Below, in pieces: positions 39,205 to 49,368 of a DNA stretch of 64,000 nt. The position numbers and the translations under genes were made by a program. Within the stretch, counting starts at the first letter, position 1. Every line of letters begins with the position of its first letter. A model generated the notes under the pieces. That model did no database searches. It was not told the DNA's origin and saw only the letters and a program-made list of their open reading frames with translations. The stretch comes from an uncultured Pseudomonadota bacterium (lineage in GTDB: Bacteria; Pseudomonadota; Alphaproteobacteria; JACZXZ01): the NCBI GenBank assembly GCA_963749075.1, contig CAVVLJ010000016.1:672001-736000 (forward strand), given 5' to 3'.

Positions 39205-40593
39205 TCAGCCACCTTCCTCGGGCGCCTTCTCGAAGGAGGCCGTGACGCGCAGGCCCGGCGCGTTGTCGTCGAGCGCCAGGCTCGCGCGGTGCAGCTTGGC
39301 GACCGCCGCGACGAGGCTCAGGCCGAGGCCGCTTCCGGGCGAGGTGCGGCTCGCGTCGAGGCGCACGAAACGCTCGAGCACGCGCTCGCGGTCCTCGGGC
39401 GGGATGCCGGGCCCGCTGTCGGCCACCACGAGCTCGGCGCGCTCGCCGGCGCTGCGCACGGCGAGCAGGATGCTGCCGCCCGCGGGCGTGTATTTGATGG
39501 CGTTGTCGAGCAGGTTGGCGACGCTCTGGGCGAGGAGCTGGGCATGGCCGACGATGGCCACCCCGTCCTCGATTGCGACCTCGAGCGCCAGGTCCTTGCC
39601 CTCGGCCAGGGGCTCATAGAGCTCGAGGGCGGCGCGCGCGAGCTCGCCGAGCTCGAGCCGCGTCATGGCGGCGCGCGCGGTGCCGGCCTCGGCCTCGGTG
39701 ATCGCGAGGAGGGCGGTGAAGGTGGCGAGGATGGCGTCCGCGTCGGCGATGGTCCCCTCGAGCGTATCGCGGTAGCATTCGGCGTCGCGCGGACCGCGCA
39801 AGGCCACCTCGATGCGGCCCTTGAGCCGCGTGAGCGGGCTCCTCAGGTCGTGCGCGAGGCTGTCGGTGACGGCGCGCATGCCGATCATGAGCTGCTCGAT
39901 CTGCTCGAGCATCTCGTTGAGGCTGGCGGAGAGCCGGTCGAACTCGTCGCCGCTGCCTTCGAGCGGCACGCGGCCGGCGAGGTCGCCGCGCACGATGCGG
40001 CGGCTGGTCTCCGCCACCGCCTCGACCCGCTCCAGGAGCTTGTGGCTGAGGAAGAGGGCGCCGGCGACGGCGAGCAGCATGGTGATGACGAGGGCGACCG
40101 CAAGGGTCTTGGCGATGACCTCCTGGAAGGCCGAGCGCTCGGCCATGTCGCGCCCGACGACCAGGCGAAAGCCGCCTTGCAGCCGGAACGGCTTGGCGCG
40201 CACCTCGTGCGTCGTCGTCACCCCGTGGTCGTTGCGCTCGACCTCGAAGCTGAGCCAGCCGTCCTTCTCGGTGGCGTTGGCGGGCCAGGCGTTGAGGTTG
40301 CCGGCGAGCGGCAGGAGGTCCGGGCCGGTCAGGAGGTAGATGCTGCCCTTCTCGCCCTTGCTGCCGCTGCGCTCGGCCACCACCTCCGTGAGGCGGTCGA
40401 GCCCGCGCTCGCTGTATTGCTCCGCCAGCCCGCGGACCTCGGCCTCAACGGTGGCGTTGGTCTGCTGGTCGATCAGCTCGATGGTGCCGAGATAGAGGAA
40501 ACCGAAGAGGATGACGAGGAGCACCCCGAAGGGTGCCATATAGATGAGGGCGCGCCGGAAGGTCGCGGTGCGGAGAAGGCGGCCGGTTCTCAC
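39205..40593 (-). CDS. Sensor histidine kinase (HAMP-HisKA-HATPase)
   Basis: Two TM segments, GDEFDRL, AHDLRSPL, NLLDNAIKY, DSGPGI, GSGLGL. Confidence 0.93.
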   Translation of the reverse strand: MRTGRLLRTATFRRALIYMAPFGVLLVILFGFLYLGTIELIDQQTNATVEAEVRGLAEQYSERGLDRLTEVVAERSGSKGEKGSIYLLTGPDLLPLAGNLNAWPANATEKDGWLSFEVERNDHGVTTTHEVRAKPFRLQGGFRLVVGRDMAERSAFQEVIAKTLAVALVITMLLAVAGALFLSHKLLERVEAVAETSRRIVRGDLAGRVPLEGSGDEFDRLSASLNEMLEQIEQLMIGMRAVTDSLAHDLRSPLTRLKGRIEVALRGPRDAECYRDTLEGTIADADAILATFTALLAITEAEAGTARAAMTRLELGELARAALELYEPLAEGKDLALEVAIEDGVAIVGHAQLLAQSVANLLDNAIKYTPAGGSILLAVRSAGERAELVVADSGPGIPPEDRERVLERFVRLDASRTSPGSGLGLSLVAAVAKLHRASLALDDNAPGLRVTASFEKAPEEGG

Positions 40594-40605
40594 GAAGCTC
40601 CACTC

Positions 40606-41286
40606 TCATGCCGAATCCGGGCGCAGGCTGTAGCCGGCACCCCGCACGGTGTGGAGCAGCGGGCGCTCGAAGCCGCGGTCGATCTTCTGCCTGAGCCGGC
40701 TCACGTGGACGTCGATGACGTTGGTCTGCGGATCGAAGTGGTAGTCCCACACGCCTTCGAGCAGCATGGTGCGCGTCACCACCTGGCCGGCGTGGCGCAT
40801 GAGATACTCGAGGAGCTTGAACTCGCGCGGCTGCAGCTCGATCGCCTTGCCGGCGCGCCGCACGCTGCGCGCGAGCAGGTCCATCTCGAGATCGCCGACC
40901 TTGAGCCGCTGCACGGCGCCCTCGGCGGCACCGCGCCGCATGATCGCCTCGAGGCGCGCGAGGAGCTCGGAGAAGGCATAGGGCTTGGTGAGGTAATCGT
41001 CGCCGCCCGCGCGCAGGCCCTTGACCCGGTCGTCGACCTGGGCGAGCGCCGAGAGGATGAGGACGGGCGTGCCCTTGCTCTGGGCGCGCAGCGTCTGCAC
41101 GATGGAGAGACCGTCCAATCCCGGCAGCATGCGGTCGACGATCATGGCGTCGTAAGTCTCGCTGAGCGCCTTGAAGAGGCCGTCGCGCCCCTCGCTGGCC
41201 CGGTCGACGACGTAGCCGCTCTCGGTCAGTCCTTTGACGAGATAATCGGCGGTGGCCTCGTCGTCCTCGATGACCAGGATGCGCAT
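40606..41286 (-). CDS. OmpR-family response regulator
   Basis: MRILVIEDD, DRMLP, DDYLTKP, VIDVHVSRLRQK, TVRGAGY. Confidence 0.94.
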   Translation of the reverse strand: MRILVIEDDEATADYLVKGLTESGYVVDRASEGRDGLFKALSETYDAMIVDRMLPGLDGLSIVQTLRAQSKGTPVLILSALAQVDDRVKGLRAGGDDYLTKPYAFSELLARLEAIMRRGAAEGAVQRLKVGDLEMDLLARSVRRAGKAIELQPREFKLLEYLMRHAGQVVTRTMLLEGVWDYHFDPQTNVIDVHVSRLRQKIDRGFERPLLHTVRGAGYSLRPDSA

Positions 41287-41336
41287 GAGGGGAGAGTACC
41301 AAGCGGGGAAAACGAAACCAATGGCGGCCCTGCATC

Positions 41337-41374
41337 CCCCTCGCCCTACCCTCTCCCCCGCAAGGGGGAGAGGG
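41337..41374. repeat. Single copy of hairpin repeat
   Basis: CCCCTCGCCCTa-CCCTCTCCCCC-gcaa-GGGGGAGAGGG. Confidence 0.78.
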
Positions 41375-41431
41375 AGGCTCGGCGGGCGAGCAGGGCGGGG
41401 GAGGCCATGCTTACGCCTGCGGCAAGGGGGC

Positions 41432-42949
41432 TTACGCCTGCGAGAAGGGCAGCGCCACGAAGAGCTCGTCGCCGTGGCGGTTGAGCAGCAGCAGGACTGC
41501 CTTCCGGTTGGCCTTCTTGGCCTCAGCCAAGCGTTCGGACGCCTGCTTCGGCCCATCGACCGCCTCCTGGCCAACCTTGACGATCACGTCGCCGGGCCTG
41601 AGGCCGTGCTCGGAGGCGGGGGCGCCATCCTCCACGTCGGTGACCAGCGCGCCCTTGACGCTGTTGTCGAGGCCGAGCTCGCGCCGCGCGTCCGCGGTGA
41701 GGTTGCCCAGCGTCAGGCCGAGGGAGGCGACTTTGGCCTCGCCCGCGGAGGGAGACACGGAGCTGTCGGGCTCCTCGGCGCTGGCCACGGTCTTCTCCGG
41801 CATCTTGCCCACGTCGACGGCAAGCTGCATCTCATGTCCGTCGCGCCATAGCGTGATCGGCGCATGGCTGCCGGGCCGGGTGTCGGCGACCGCGCGGGTG
41901 AGGTCGCGCAGCTCCTTGATGTCCTTGCCGTTGAAGCGGGTGATCACGTCGCCCTGGCGCAGGCCCGCCGCCTCGCTGGGGCTGCCCTTGGTGACGTTGG
42001 CGACGACGGCGCCCGCCGCCGACTTCAAGCCGAGGCTCTCGGCCATGTCGGGCGTCACTTCCTGGATCTGCACGCCGAGCCAGCCGCGCTCGACCGAGCC
42101 GTGCTCGCGCAGCTGTGCGATGACCGGCTTGGCGATCGAGGAGGGGATGGCGAAGCCGATGCCGACGCTGCCGCCGTTCGGCGAGTAGATGGCGCTGTTG
42201 ATGCCGATCACCTGGCCGTCCATGTTGAACATGGGGCCGCCGGAGTTGCCGCGGTTGATGGCGGCGTCGGTCTGGATGAAGCTGTCGTAGGGCCCTTCGT
42301 GGAGGTCGCGGCCGCGCGCCGAGACGATGCCCGCCGTCACGGTGCCGCCGAGCCCGAAGGGATTGCCGACCGCGACCACCCAATCGCCGACCTCGGCCTT
42401 GTCGCTGTCGCCCCAGCTGACCGCCGGGAGCGGATGGTCGGCCGTGATCTTGAGCAGCGCCAGGTCGGTGCGCTCGTCATGCCCCACGAGCTTGGCCTTG
42501 AAGGTCTTGCCGTCGCTGAGGGTGACGCTGATCTGGCTTGCCGAGCCGGCCACGTGGTTGTTGGTCACGATGTAGCCCGCGGGATCGATGATGAAGCCCG
42601 AGCCGAGCGAGTGCTGCACCATGGGATGGCTCTGGCCGCCCTCCGGGCTGTTGAAATAGTGCCGGAAGAACTGGCGGAACGGCGAATCCTCGGGGAGGTT
42701 CTGGAAGGGCAGGTCCATCATCGGGCCGCCCGAGACCTTCTCGGTGGTCGACACGTTGACGACCGCCGGTGCGACCTCCTTGACGAGCGACGAGAAGCTC
42801 TGCGGCGCCTCGCGCGCGAAAGCGGACGCCGTGAGGAAGAATACGGCGGCGATCATGCCGAGAGCGGCACCTGCGGCCTTGCGGGTACCCGAGGACGGCT
42901 CGCCCGCGAACCGCGACGGCTCTGGGAGGGGTAGGACGGAATGGCTCAT
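41432..42949 (-). CDS. degP: DegP/HtrA (Do family) periplasmic serine protease with two PDZ domains
   Basis: GSGFII, TNNHV, TDLALLK, QTDAAINRGNSGGP, RGWLGVQIQ, GDVI twice. Confidence 0.9.
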   Translation of the reverse strand: MSHSVLPLPEPSRFAGEPSSGTRKAAGAALGMIAAVFFLTASAFAREAPQSFSSLVKEVAPAVVNVSTTEKVSGGPMMDLPFQNLPEDSPFRQFFRHYFNSPEGGQSHPMVQHSLGSGFIIDPAGYIVTNNHVAGSASQISVTLSDGKTFKAKLVGHDERTDLALLKITADHPLPAVSWGDSDKAEVGDWVVAVGNPFGLGGTVTAGIVSARGRDLHEGPYDSFIQTDAAINRGNSGGPMFNMDGQVIGINSAIYSPNGGSVGIGFAIPSSIAKPVIAQLREHGSVERGWLGVQIQEVTPDMAESLGLKSAAGAVVANVTKGSPSEAAGLRQGDVITRFNGKDIKELRDLTRAVADTRPGSHAPITLWRDGHEMQLAVDVGKMPEKTVASAEEPDSSVSPSAGEAKVASLGLTLGNLTADARRELGLDNSVKGALVTDVEDGAPASEHGLRPGDVIVKVGQEAVDGPKQASERLAEAKKANRKAVLLLLNRHGDELFVALPFSQA

Positions 42950-43244
42950 AAACGGCTCCTTGCCTATGGATGGGCAGGCAAACGGACGCCGGTCCGCGAC
43001 CTACCGCCACCTGACAGATATAGATATGGACGACGGTCCCTTACCTTGCAGTGGCGCCGAGATTAATCTTCGGTAATGGTGGCCGGGTCTTCGCCGCCGG
43101 GCTCCGCCCCGAGGGCTCTCGGACGCACGTCTCGCCGCGAGGTGGACCGCCGCCTTCCAGGGGGCTTGGCCGTGGACAACGGCCATTTAGGGCGCTACCA
43201 GTAGACGCGCCGGGCCTGTCCCGGGGTGCGAACGGGGAAAGAGG

Positions 43245-44939
43245 ATGAGCGAGCGGCCCAGCATGCGGAGCGGCGGCCAGATACTGGTCGATCAGCTCAA
43301 GATCCACGGCGTCGATACGGTCTTCTGCGTGCCCGGCGAGAGCTTTCTCGCGGTGCTCGACGCGCTCTACGACGCGCGCAACGAGATCAGGCAGGTCGTG
43401 TGCCGGCAGGAGGGCGGCGCCGCTTACATGGCCGAGGCGCACGGCAAGCTCACCGGGCGGCCCGGCATCGCCTTCGTCACGCGCGGCCCGGGCGGCACCA
43501 ACGCGAGCGTGGGCGTCCATACCGCACTGCAGGATTCGACGCCGATGATCCTCTTCATCGGCCAGGTCGCGCGCGGCGATGTCGAGCGCGAGGCCTTCCA
43601 GGAGATCGACTTCCGCCGCATGTACGGCCCGCTCTCGAAATGGGTGGCCGAGATCGACGATCCGGGCCGCATTCCCGAATTCCTCGCCCATGCCTTCTCG
43701 CTTGCGACCTCGGGCCGGCCCGGACCCGTCGTCCTGGCACTTCCCGAGGACATGCTGCGCGAGCCCGCCGCGGCCGCCGACGCGGCACCCTACAGAAGCG
43801 TGCAGGCCTATCCCTCGCCCGCGGACATGGCCCGCTTGCGAGCACTCCTCGCCGCGGCCAAGCGGCCGCTCCTCCTCCTCGGCGGCAGCACCTGGACGGC
43901 CGAAGCGGTCGCCGACATCACGGCCTTTGCCGAAGCCAACCGCCTCCCCGTCGCCACCTCCTTCCGCCGCCAGGACCGCTTCGACAACCTCCATCCGTGC
44001 TATGCGGGCGACCTCGGCATCGCACCCGACGCGAAACTCTTAGCACTTGCCCGAGAGAGCGACCTCCTCATCGCGGCCGGCCCGCGGCTCGGCGAGATGA
44101 CGACCGGCGGCTACGCGCTCCTTGCCATACCGCGGCCCAAGCAGACGCTCGTCCACATCCACGCGGGAGCCGAGGAGCTCAACCGCGTCTATCAGGCTGA
44201 GCTGCCGATCAACGCCGGCATGGCGCAATTTGCCGCTGCGGCCAGGGCGCTCGAGCCCGTGGCGCCAGCACCTTGGGCGGCCGCCACCGCGGCGGCGCAC
44301 GAGGCATTTCTCGCCCACACGGTGCCGGTCGGCAATCCGGGCGCCCTCAACCTCGCGGAGATCGTCGCCCATCTGCGCGCAGCACTGCCGCCCGACACCA
44401 TCATCGCCAACGGCGCCGGCAATTATGCGGCCTGGGTGCACCGCTTCTGGCGCTACCGCGAGTTCGGCACGCAGCTCGCGCCGACCAGCGGCTCGATGGG
44501 CTACGGCGTGCCCGCAGCGGTGGCCGCCGCACTCGCGCATCCCGGGCGCACGGTGCTCTCCTTCTCGGGCGACGGCTGCTTCCTCATGAACGGTCAGGAG
44601 CTGGCGACGGCGCTTCAGCATGGCGCCGCTCCCATCTTCTTCGTGGTCAACAACGGCATGTACGGCACCATCCGCATGCATCAGGAGCGCGAGTATCCGA
44701 CGCGGGTCAGCGGCACCGGCCTCGTCAACCCCGACTTCGCCGCACTCGCGCGGGCCTACGGCGCCCACGGCGAGACGGTCGAGCGCACCGAGGACTTCGC
44801 CGCCGCCTTCGCGCGCGCAAGGAAGGCGGGGCGGGCGGCCGTCATCGAGCTGCGCTTCGACCCCGAGGCGATCACCACGCGCACGACCCTCAGCAGGATC
44901 CGCGAGTCGGCACTCGCGGCGCGGACCAGGACGAGCTGA
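43245..44939 (+). CDS. Thiamine pyrophosphate-binding protein (acetolactate synthase-like)
   Basis: VPGESFL, CRQEGGA, TRGPG, AFQE, GSMGYG, GDGCF...NNGMYG. Confidence 0.92.
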   Translation: MSERPSMRSGGQILVDQLKIHGVDTVFCVPGESFLAVLDALYDARNEIRQVVCRQEGGAAYMAEAHGKLTGRPGIAFVTRGPGGTNASVGVHTALQDSTPMILFIGQVARGDVEREAFQEIDFRRMYGPLSKWVAEIDDPGRIPEFLAHAFSLATSGRPGPVVLALPEDMLREPAAAADAAPYRSVQAYPSPADMARLRALLAAAKRPLLLLGGSTWTAEAVADITAFAEANRLPVATSFRRQDRFDNLHPCYAGDLGIAPDAKLLALARESDLLIAAGPRLGEMTTGGYALLAIPRPKQTLVHIHAGAEELNRVYQAELPINAGMAQFAAAARALEPVAPAPWAAATAAAHEAFLAHTVPVGNPGALNLAEIVAHLRAALPPDTIIANGAGNYAAWVHRFWRYREFGTQLAPTSGSMGYGVPAAVAAALAHPGRTVLSFSGDGCFLMNGQELATALQHGAAPIFFVVNNGMYGTIRMHQEREYPTRVSGTGLVNPDFAALARAYGAHGETVERTEDFAAAFARARKAGRAAVIELRFDPEAITTRTTLSRIRESALAARTRTS

Positions 44940-44955
44940 GGCAAGGGGCCCCGTC

Positions 44956-45981
44956 ATGGTGGCGCGCTCCGGCTGGGCGGCACTCCCCGCTGCATTCCTC
45001 CTGGTGCTGAGCGCGCTTGCGCCAGCGCGCGCGCAGGCGCCGGGAAGCCCCGCCGGCGGCAGGGGCTCGCCGCTCTACGTCCAGCTCAAGACCATCGATC
45101 TTCCGGGCAAGGGCGGCGGCCCCGGCGGTGCCGTTGCCGTCGATACGGACACCGCGACCGTGTGGCTCTCCCAGACGGCCAACCGCAATCTCGTGGTGAT
45201 CGACGCCGGGAACAACACGGTGCGCCAGGTGATCGAAGGCGTCGAGCCCGCGAGCGAGATCGGCTTCAGCGAGCATTATGTCTTCATCGCCGACGCGGCG
45301 AACCCGGCGGCGGTGGTGATCGGCAAGCGCTCGTTCGAGAAGGCCGCGGCGCTGAAGCCGGTCGGACCCAGCCCCGATGCCGCCTATTTCGACAGCAAGC
45401 AGGGCCTGCTCTGGGTCACCGCCGCGAACGGCGAGATGACGATCTTCAAGGCCGTCGGCCGCGGCGGCTTCAAGCACCTGGCCGGGCTGCGGCTCCGGCC
45501 CAGCCCGCCCAAGGAGAGGCCGGGCGCCGGCCTCCAAGTCGCCTCGAAGGACCGCCTCTACCAGCCCGTCGACGACGTGATCGACGTGATCAACCCCAAG
45601 AGCCTCAAGCTCGAGCATATCTGGAACCTCGGCCCCGTCGGCCGCATCGCGAGCCTCGCCTATGATTCGCGGACGGACCGGCTGCTGGCGGGCTGCGAGG
45701 CCTCCGTCGTCATCGTCGTCGACGCCAAGTCGGGGAAGCCCGTGGCGAGACTGTCCATGAGGGGCAGAGCCGGCGCCGTCTCGGTCGACCCCGGCCTGCG
45801 CCGGGCCTATGTGGCGGATGCGGCCGGCCTCGTCGAGGTGTTCGATCTCGACCGCGACACGCGGGTGGCGGCATTCCCCTCGGAGCCGGGCCTGCGCGCG
45901 CTCGCGGTCGACCCGGCCACCCATGCGCTCTACGTCTATCGCGCGCGCGCCAACAAGCTCGACGTGTTCGCGCCGCGCTGA
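44956..45981 (+). CDS. YncE-like exported beta-propeller protein
   Basis: Signal peptide; repeated VAVD/LVVID/AVDP strands. Confidence 0.7.
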   Translation: MVARSGWAALPAAFLLVLSALAPARAQAPGSPAGGRGSPLYVQLKTIDLPGKGGGPGGAVAVDTDTATVWLSQTANRNLVVIDAGNNTVRQVIEGVEPASEIGFSEHYVFIADAANPAAVVIGKRSFEKAAALKPVGPSPDAAYFDSKQGLLWVTAANGEMTIFKAVGRGGFKHLAGLRLRPSPPKERPGAGLQVASKDRLYQPVDDVIDVINPKSLKLEHIWNLGPVGRIASLAYDSRTDRLLAGCEASVVIVVDAKSGKPVARLSMRGRAGAVSVDPGLRRAYVADAAGLVEVFDLDRDTRVAAFPSEPGLRALAVDPATHALYVYRARANKLDVFAPR

Positions 45982-46018
45982 AGGCGGCTGGCTCGCCTTG
46001 ACGCAAGACGCTTGGCCG

Positions 46019-46040
46019 CTCTCCCGCGCGCGGGAGAGGG
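46019..46040. repeat. Truncated hairpin of the same repeat family
   Basis: CTCTCCCGC-gc-GCGGGAGAGGG. Confidence 0.6.
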
Positions 46041-46055
46041 ACAGCAGCGCGCCGC

Positions 46056-46089
46056 AAAAGAAAGCGGCGCCGGCAATGGCCGGCGCCGC
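46056..46089 (-). terminator. Intrinsic terminator of OmpA-family gene
   Basis: GCGGCGCCGGC-4nt-GCCGGCGCCGC stem followed by TTTCTTTT on the minus strand. Confidence 0.8.
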
Positions 46090-46114
46090 AGACTTCAGTC
46101 GAACTCGCCTGAGC

Positions 46115-46940
46115 TTACTTCTTGAGCTCGATATGCACGTTCCGATTCTCCTGCTCGCGCACCTGATCGGGTGTCTTGACGCGGAGGTCGGTCTTGCCCT
46201 TGCCGATGGTGCGGATGCTCCGACGCGCCACGCCGTGCGTGCTCGAGGTATCTCGCCACGGCCTGGGCGCGGTGCACGGAGAGCACCTGGTTGTAGCCAG
46301 CCGAACCGACGGTGTCGGTGTGACCGGTGATGAGCACGCTCGCTCCGCCGAGGCGCCTGACCGAGTCAAGCACGCCCTCGAGGATGGCGACCGCATCCGC
46401 GCGCAGCGCCGCGCTGTTGAAGTCGAAGAACACCCAGAAGTCCGTCGCGATCGGCGGCGGCGGCGGCGGCGGCAGACGCTTCAGCGCGTCGGAGAAGTTC
46501 TTCTGGCATTCGTCGAGGATGCCGTCATAAACGTCATGCTCCCAATGCCGCATCATGCAGTCGTAAGAGACCTGCACGATCGCCGTATCGCCCGGGTCGC
46601 GCACCCGGTAGTCGCCCTTGAGCACGCGGTTGAGCGCGATCGCCGGCTCGTTGCCCTCTTGCGGCGGCATGCCCTGCAGGTTCGGGCTCTCAGGCGCCAC
46701 CTCCTCGCCGGCCGCGGCCTTAGCCGACTTCGCGTTCCAATAGAGCGCGTCGGACAGGTGGCCGCTGGCTTGGAGCTTGCGTGCAAGGCCGCTGTATTCC
46801 TTGTGCAGCGCTTGCGCGAATGGCGAGCCCTGACCGGGTGTCGACTCCACCGGGCCTAGCTGGGCATCAATGTAGTGAGGATTGCACGCACCCAGCAGAG
46901 CGATGCCGGCGAGCGCGCCAAGAATTTTCAGAAGCTTCAT
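46115..46940 (-). pseudogene. OmpA-family peptidoglycan-binding lipoprotein with +1 frameshift at about 46240 (or sequencing error)
   Basis: Lipobox LLGAC; PPPPPP linker; VFFDFNS, ITGHTDTVG..YN..LS..RA; C-terminal GKG......NR.V.I lies in another frame; span 826 = 3n+1. Confidence 0.8.
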
Positions 46941-47545
46941 AGACAACTCCCCCCTCCTGATCAGTGCCCTAAAAGCCGTTTCCGATGCGATCCGAAACCT
47001 TGCCGGATAGACGCCCGGTCCGCACGCAGCATAGCAGGAGCCGCGCCGCGGTTGAAGGGTTTGCTTAGCACTTTGCCGGGCCGATTGCACCAGTCGAGAT
47101 GGCCGCCCGGGCCGTCCTGCGGGCAGCTCGGGGCGGCCGCCGGAGAGCCGTTCCGCCGCCCTTCCGGGCGCTTTCCGCGGCCTCTGGCCGGGCTGGAGAA
47201 TAAGTAGCAACATATTGATTTGCATGGCAAAAACTATTGACCGGCTGCATCCGGCCAGGGCCCGCCGGACCGCCCTTCGCCGCCGCTGCGCCGGGCGTTG
47301 CAAGCCTCGCCGCGGGACGCGCGGAAAGCTGCTGCGGGAGGCACCGTGTAAAAAATCCGGACTCCGTGACTAAAATGCAACCAATGAGTAGAGCCGGGCG
47401 GGTCTTGCCGCCGGCAGGTCCATGCGTGCCGGCCTCGCACTGGGCGCGGCAGAGGTCGTTCCAAATTCGTTCTTGCGCGGCGTCGACGGCTCTGGGATTT
47501 TTCGCGGCGGCGGCCGAAGTGCCGCGCCGCGGGAGAGGACAGCAC

Positions 47546-48406
47546 ATGCGGTTGGCGAGCTATCTCGCGGCGGGGAAGCGGCGCTACGGTGCGGTCACGG
47601 GCGGCGGGATCGTCGAGCTCGGCCGCCGGCTCGGCGCGGATTTTCCGGATCTCCTTTCTCTCATTGCGGGGAACGGACTCGAACGCGCGCGCGAGGCGGC
47701 CGCGGGTGCCGCGCCCGACCACGCGCTCGAAGAGGCCGCGCTGCTGCCCCCGCTCGCGGCACCCGAGAAGATTTGGTGCATCGGTGTCAACTATGCGGAG
47801 CGCAACGAGGAGTACCGCGACGGCTCGGCCGCACCGCGCTACCCGAGTCTCTTCTGCCGCGCGCCGCTTTCGCTCGTCGGCCACGGCCAGCCGATCGAGC
47901 GGCCGCGCGTCTCCCGAGAGCTCGATTACGAGGGCGAGATCGTCCTGGTGATCGGCAAGGCGGGCCGCCACGTGCCGCGCGAGCGCGCCCTCGAGCACGT
48001 CTTCGGCCTCACCCTCTGCAACGAGGGCAGCGTGCGCGACTGGCTGCGCCACGGCAAGTTCAACGTGACGCAAGGCAAGAACTTCGACCGGTCCGGCAGC
48101 ATCGGCCCCTGGATCGTGACGGCCGACGAGATCGATCCCGCGGCACCGCTCGAGCTCACCACCCGCGTCAACGGCGAGGTGCGCCAGCACGACAGCACGG
48201 CGCGGCTGATCTTTCCCTTCGATGCGCTCATCGCCTATCTCACGACCTTCGCGACCTTGCGGCCGGGCGACCTCATCGTCACCGGCACGCCCACGGGATC
48301 CGGCGCGCGCTTCGATCCGCCGAGGTGGCTCAAGCCGGGCGACGTGGTCGAGGTCGAGGTGCCGGGGATCGGCGTGCTCGGCAATCCGGTGATCGACGAG
48401 CCGTGA
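47546..48406 (+). CDS. Fumarylacetoacetate hydrolase family protein
   Basis: CIGVNY, DYEGE, CNEGSVRD, GKNFD, GDLIVTGTP. Confidence 0.93.
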   Translation: MRLASYLAAGKRRYGAVTGGGIVELGRRLGADFPDLLSLIAGNGLERAREAAAGAAPDHALEEAALLPPLAAPEKIWCIGVNYAERNEEYRDGSAAPRYPSLFCRAPLSLVGHGQPIERPRVSRELDYEGEIVLVIGKAGRHVPRERALEHVFGLTLCNEGSVRDWLRHGKFNVTQGKNFDRSGSIGPWIVTADEIDPAAPLELTTRVNGEVRQHDSTARLIFPFDALIAYLTTFATLRPGDLIVTGTPTGSGARFDPPRWLKPGDVVEVEVPGIGVLGNPVIDEP

Positions 48407-48439
48407 GGGGAGGCGGCAGCTCGGCGCGGCCTCTTCCGC

Positions 48440-49108
48440 TCAGTCGACGGAGCGGGCGAGGATCATGCTCATGTGGCAGAGCGGGCGCTTCCCCGCCTTG
48501 GCACAGGCGAGGATGGCCTCCGCCGCCGCGGCCCTTTCGGCCTTGCCCTTGGGCTCGCGGGCGAGCGTGCCCCACTCCACGAGCGCGTGCACGACGTGAG
48601 GTGTCAAGATGAAGGTGTCCTTGCCGACCATGCGCAGGAAATAGGCCGAGGAATTGCCGCCCATCTGGCTGAAGCGCTTGGCGAGGTCGTCCCAGAGTGC
48701 CAGGATGCGCTCGCCCGGCCAGTCGGCGAGATAGCGCCCGAACGAGCCCTTCTCCTCCGCGAGCTCGAGGATTGCCGCCGCATTGTGGCGCACGGACTTG
48801 AGCTTGCCCCAATGGCGGATGAGGCGCTTGTCCTGCATGAGGCGCTCGAGCGCCTCGTCGCTCATCGCGCGCACGCGGCGGGGAGCGAAGCCGTGGAACA
48901 CCTCCTCGAAGGCCGGCCACCTGGCATCGACCAGGCTGTGCTTGAGCCCGGCGCGGAAGATGCGCAACGACATGGCCGAGAGATAGCGGTCGTCGGGCAC
49001 GGCCGCGAGCTCGGCCGCCGATTTGGGATTTGGCAGCACTTTGGCGAGCGCGTGGCCGCCGCCGCTCCGCTTCTCCGCCGCCGCGAGGATGGTCTTGAAG
49101 GGGGTCAT
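48440..49108 (-). CDS. DNA-3-methyladenine glycosylase I-like protein
   Basis: DDRYL..M...IFRAGL....V..RWPAFEE.F.GF, IRHWGK...V..NA, FLRMVGKD. Confidence 0.75.
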   Translation of the reverse strand: MTPFKTILAAAEKRSGGGHALAKVLPNPKSAAELAAVPDDRYLSAMSLRIFRAGLKHSLVDARWPAFEEVFHGFAPRRVRAMSDEALERLMQDKRLIRHWGKLKSVRHNAAAILELAEEKGSFGRYLADWPGERILALWDDLAKRFSQMGGNSSAYFLRMVGKDTFILTPHVVHALVEWGTLAREPKGKAERAAAAEAILACAKAGKRPLCHMSMILARSVD

Positions 49109-49248
49109 GACGCCGGACTTTAGTTTTGCGCGCCCCTCGGCACAAGCCGTGCTGAGGTTCTCCTGCTGCCGCCTCGACGGTCTACGATCTCGACGGCCTT
49201 CGATCTCGACCTGGACAGCCGCCGGTCCCGCTACCACAATGGTGGCCC

Positions 49249-49307
49249 CCCTCTCCCGCAAGCGGGAGAGGGAGGGGCCCATCGCGCAGCGATGGGAGGG
49301 TGAGGGA
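49249..49307. repeat. Single copy of hairpin+GGTGAGG repeat
   Basis: CCCTCTCCCGC-aa-GCGGGAGAGGG-agggg-CCCATCGC-gca-GCGATGGG-AGGGTGAGGGA. Confidence 0.88.
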
Positions 49308-49368
49308 CAGCGCCGGAGCTCCTACGGGCGCTCTTCACAAGGCGCTCGCGCGCGAGAGGCAAGCGTCG

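Noticed and set aside
46961-47545. ORFs in the long ompA-FAH intergenic region
   Set aside because: No coding-like codon pattern or motifs; more likely a promoter or 5' leader, and no sRNA can be supported by eye.
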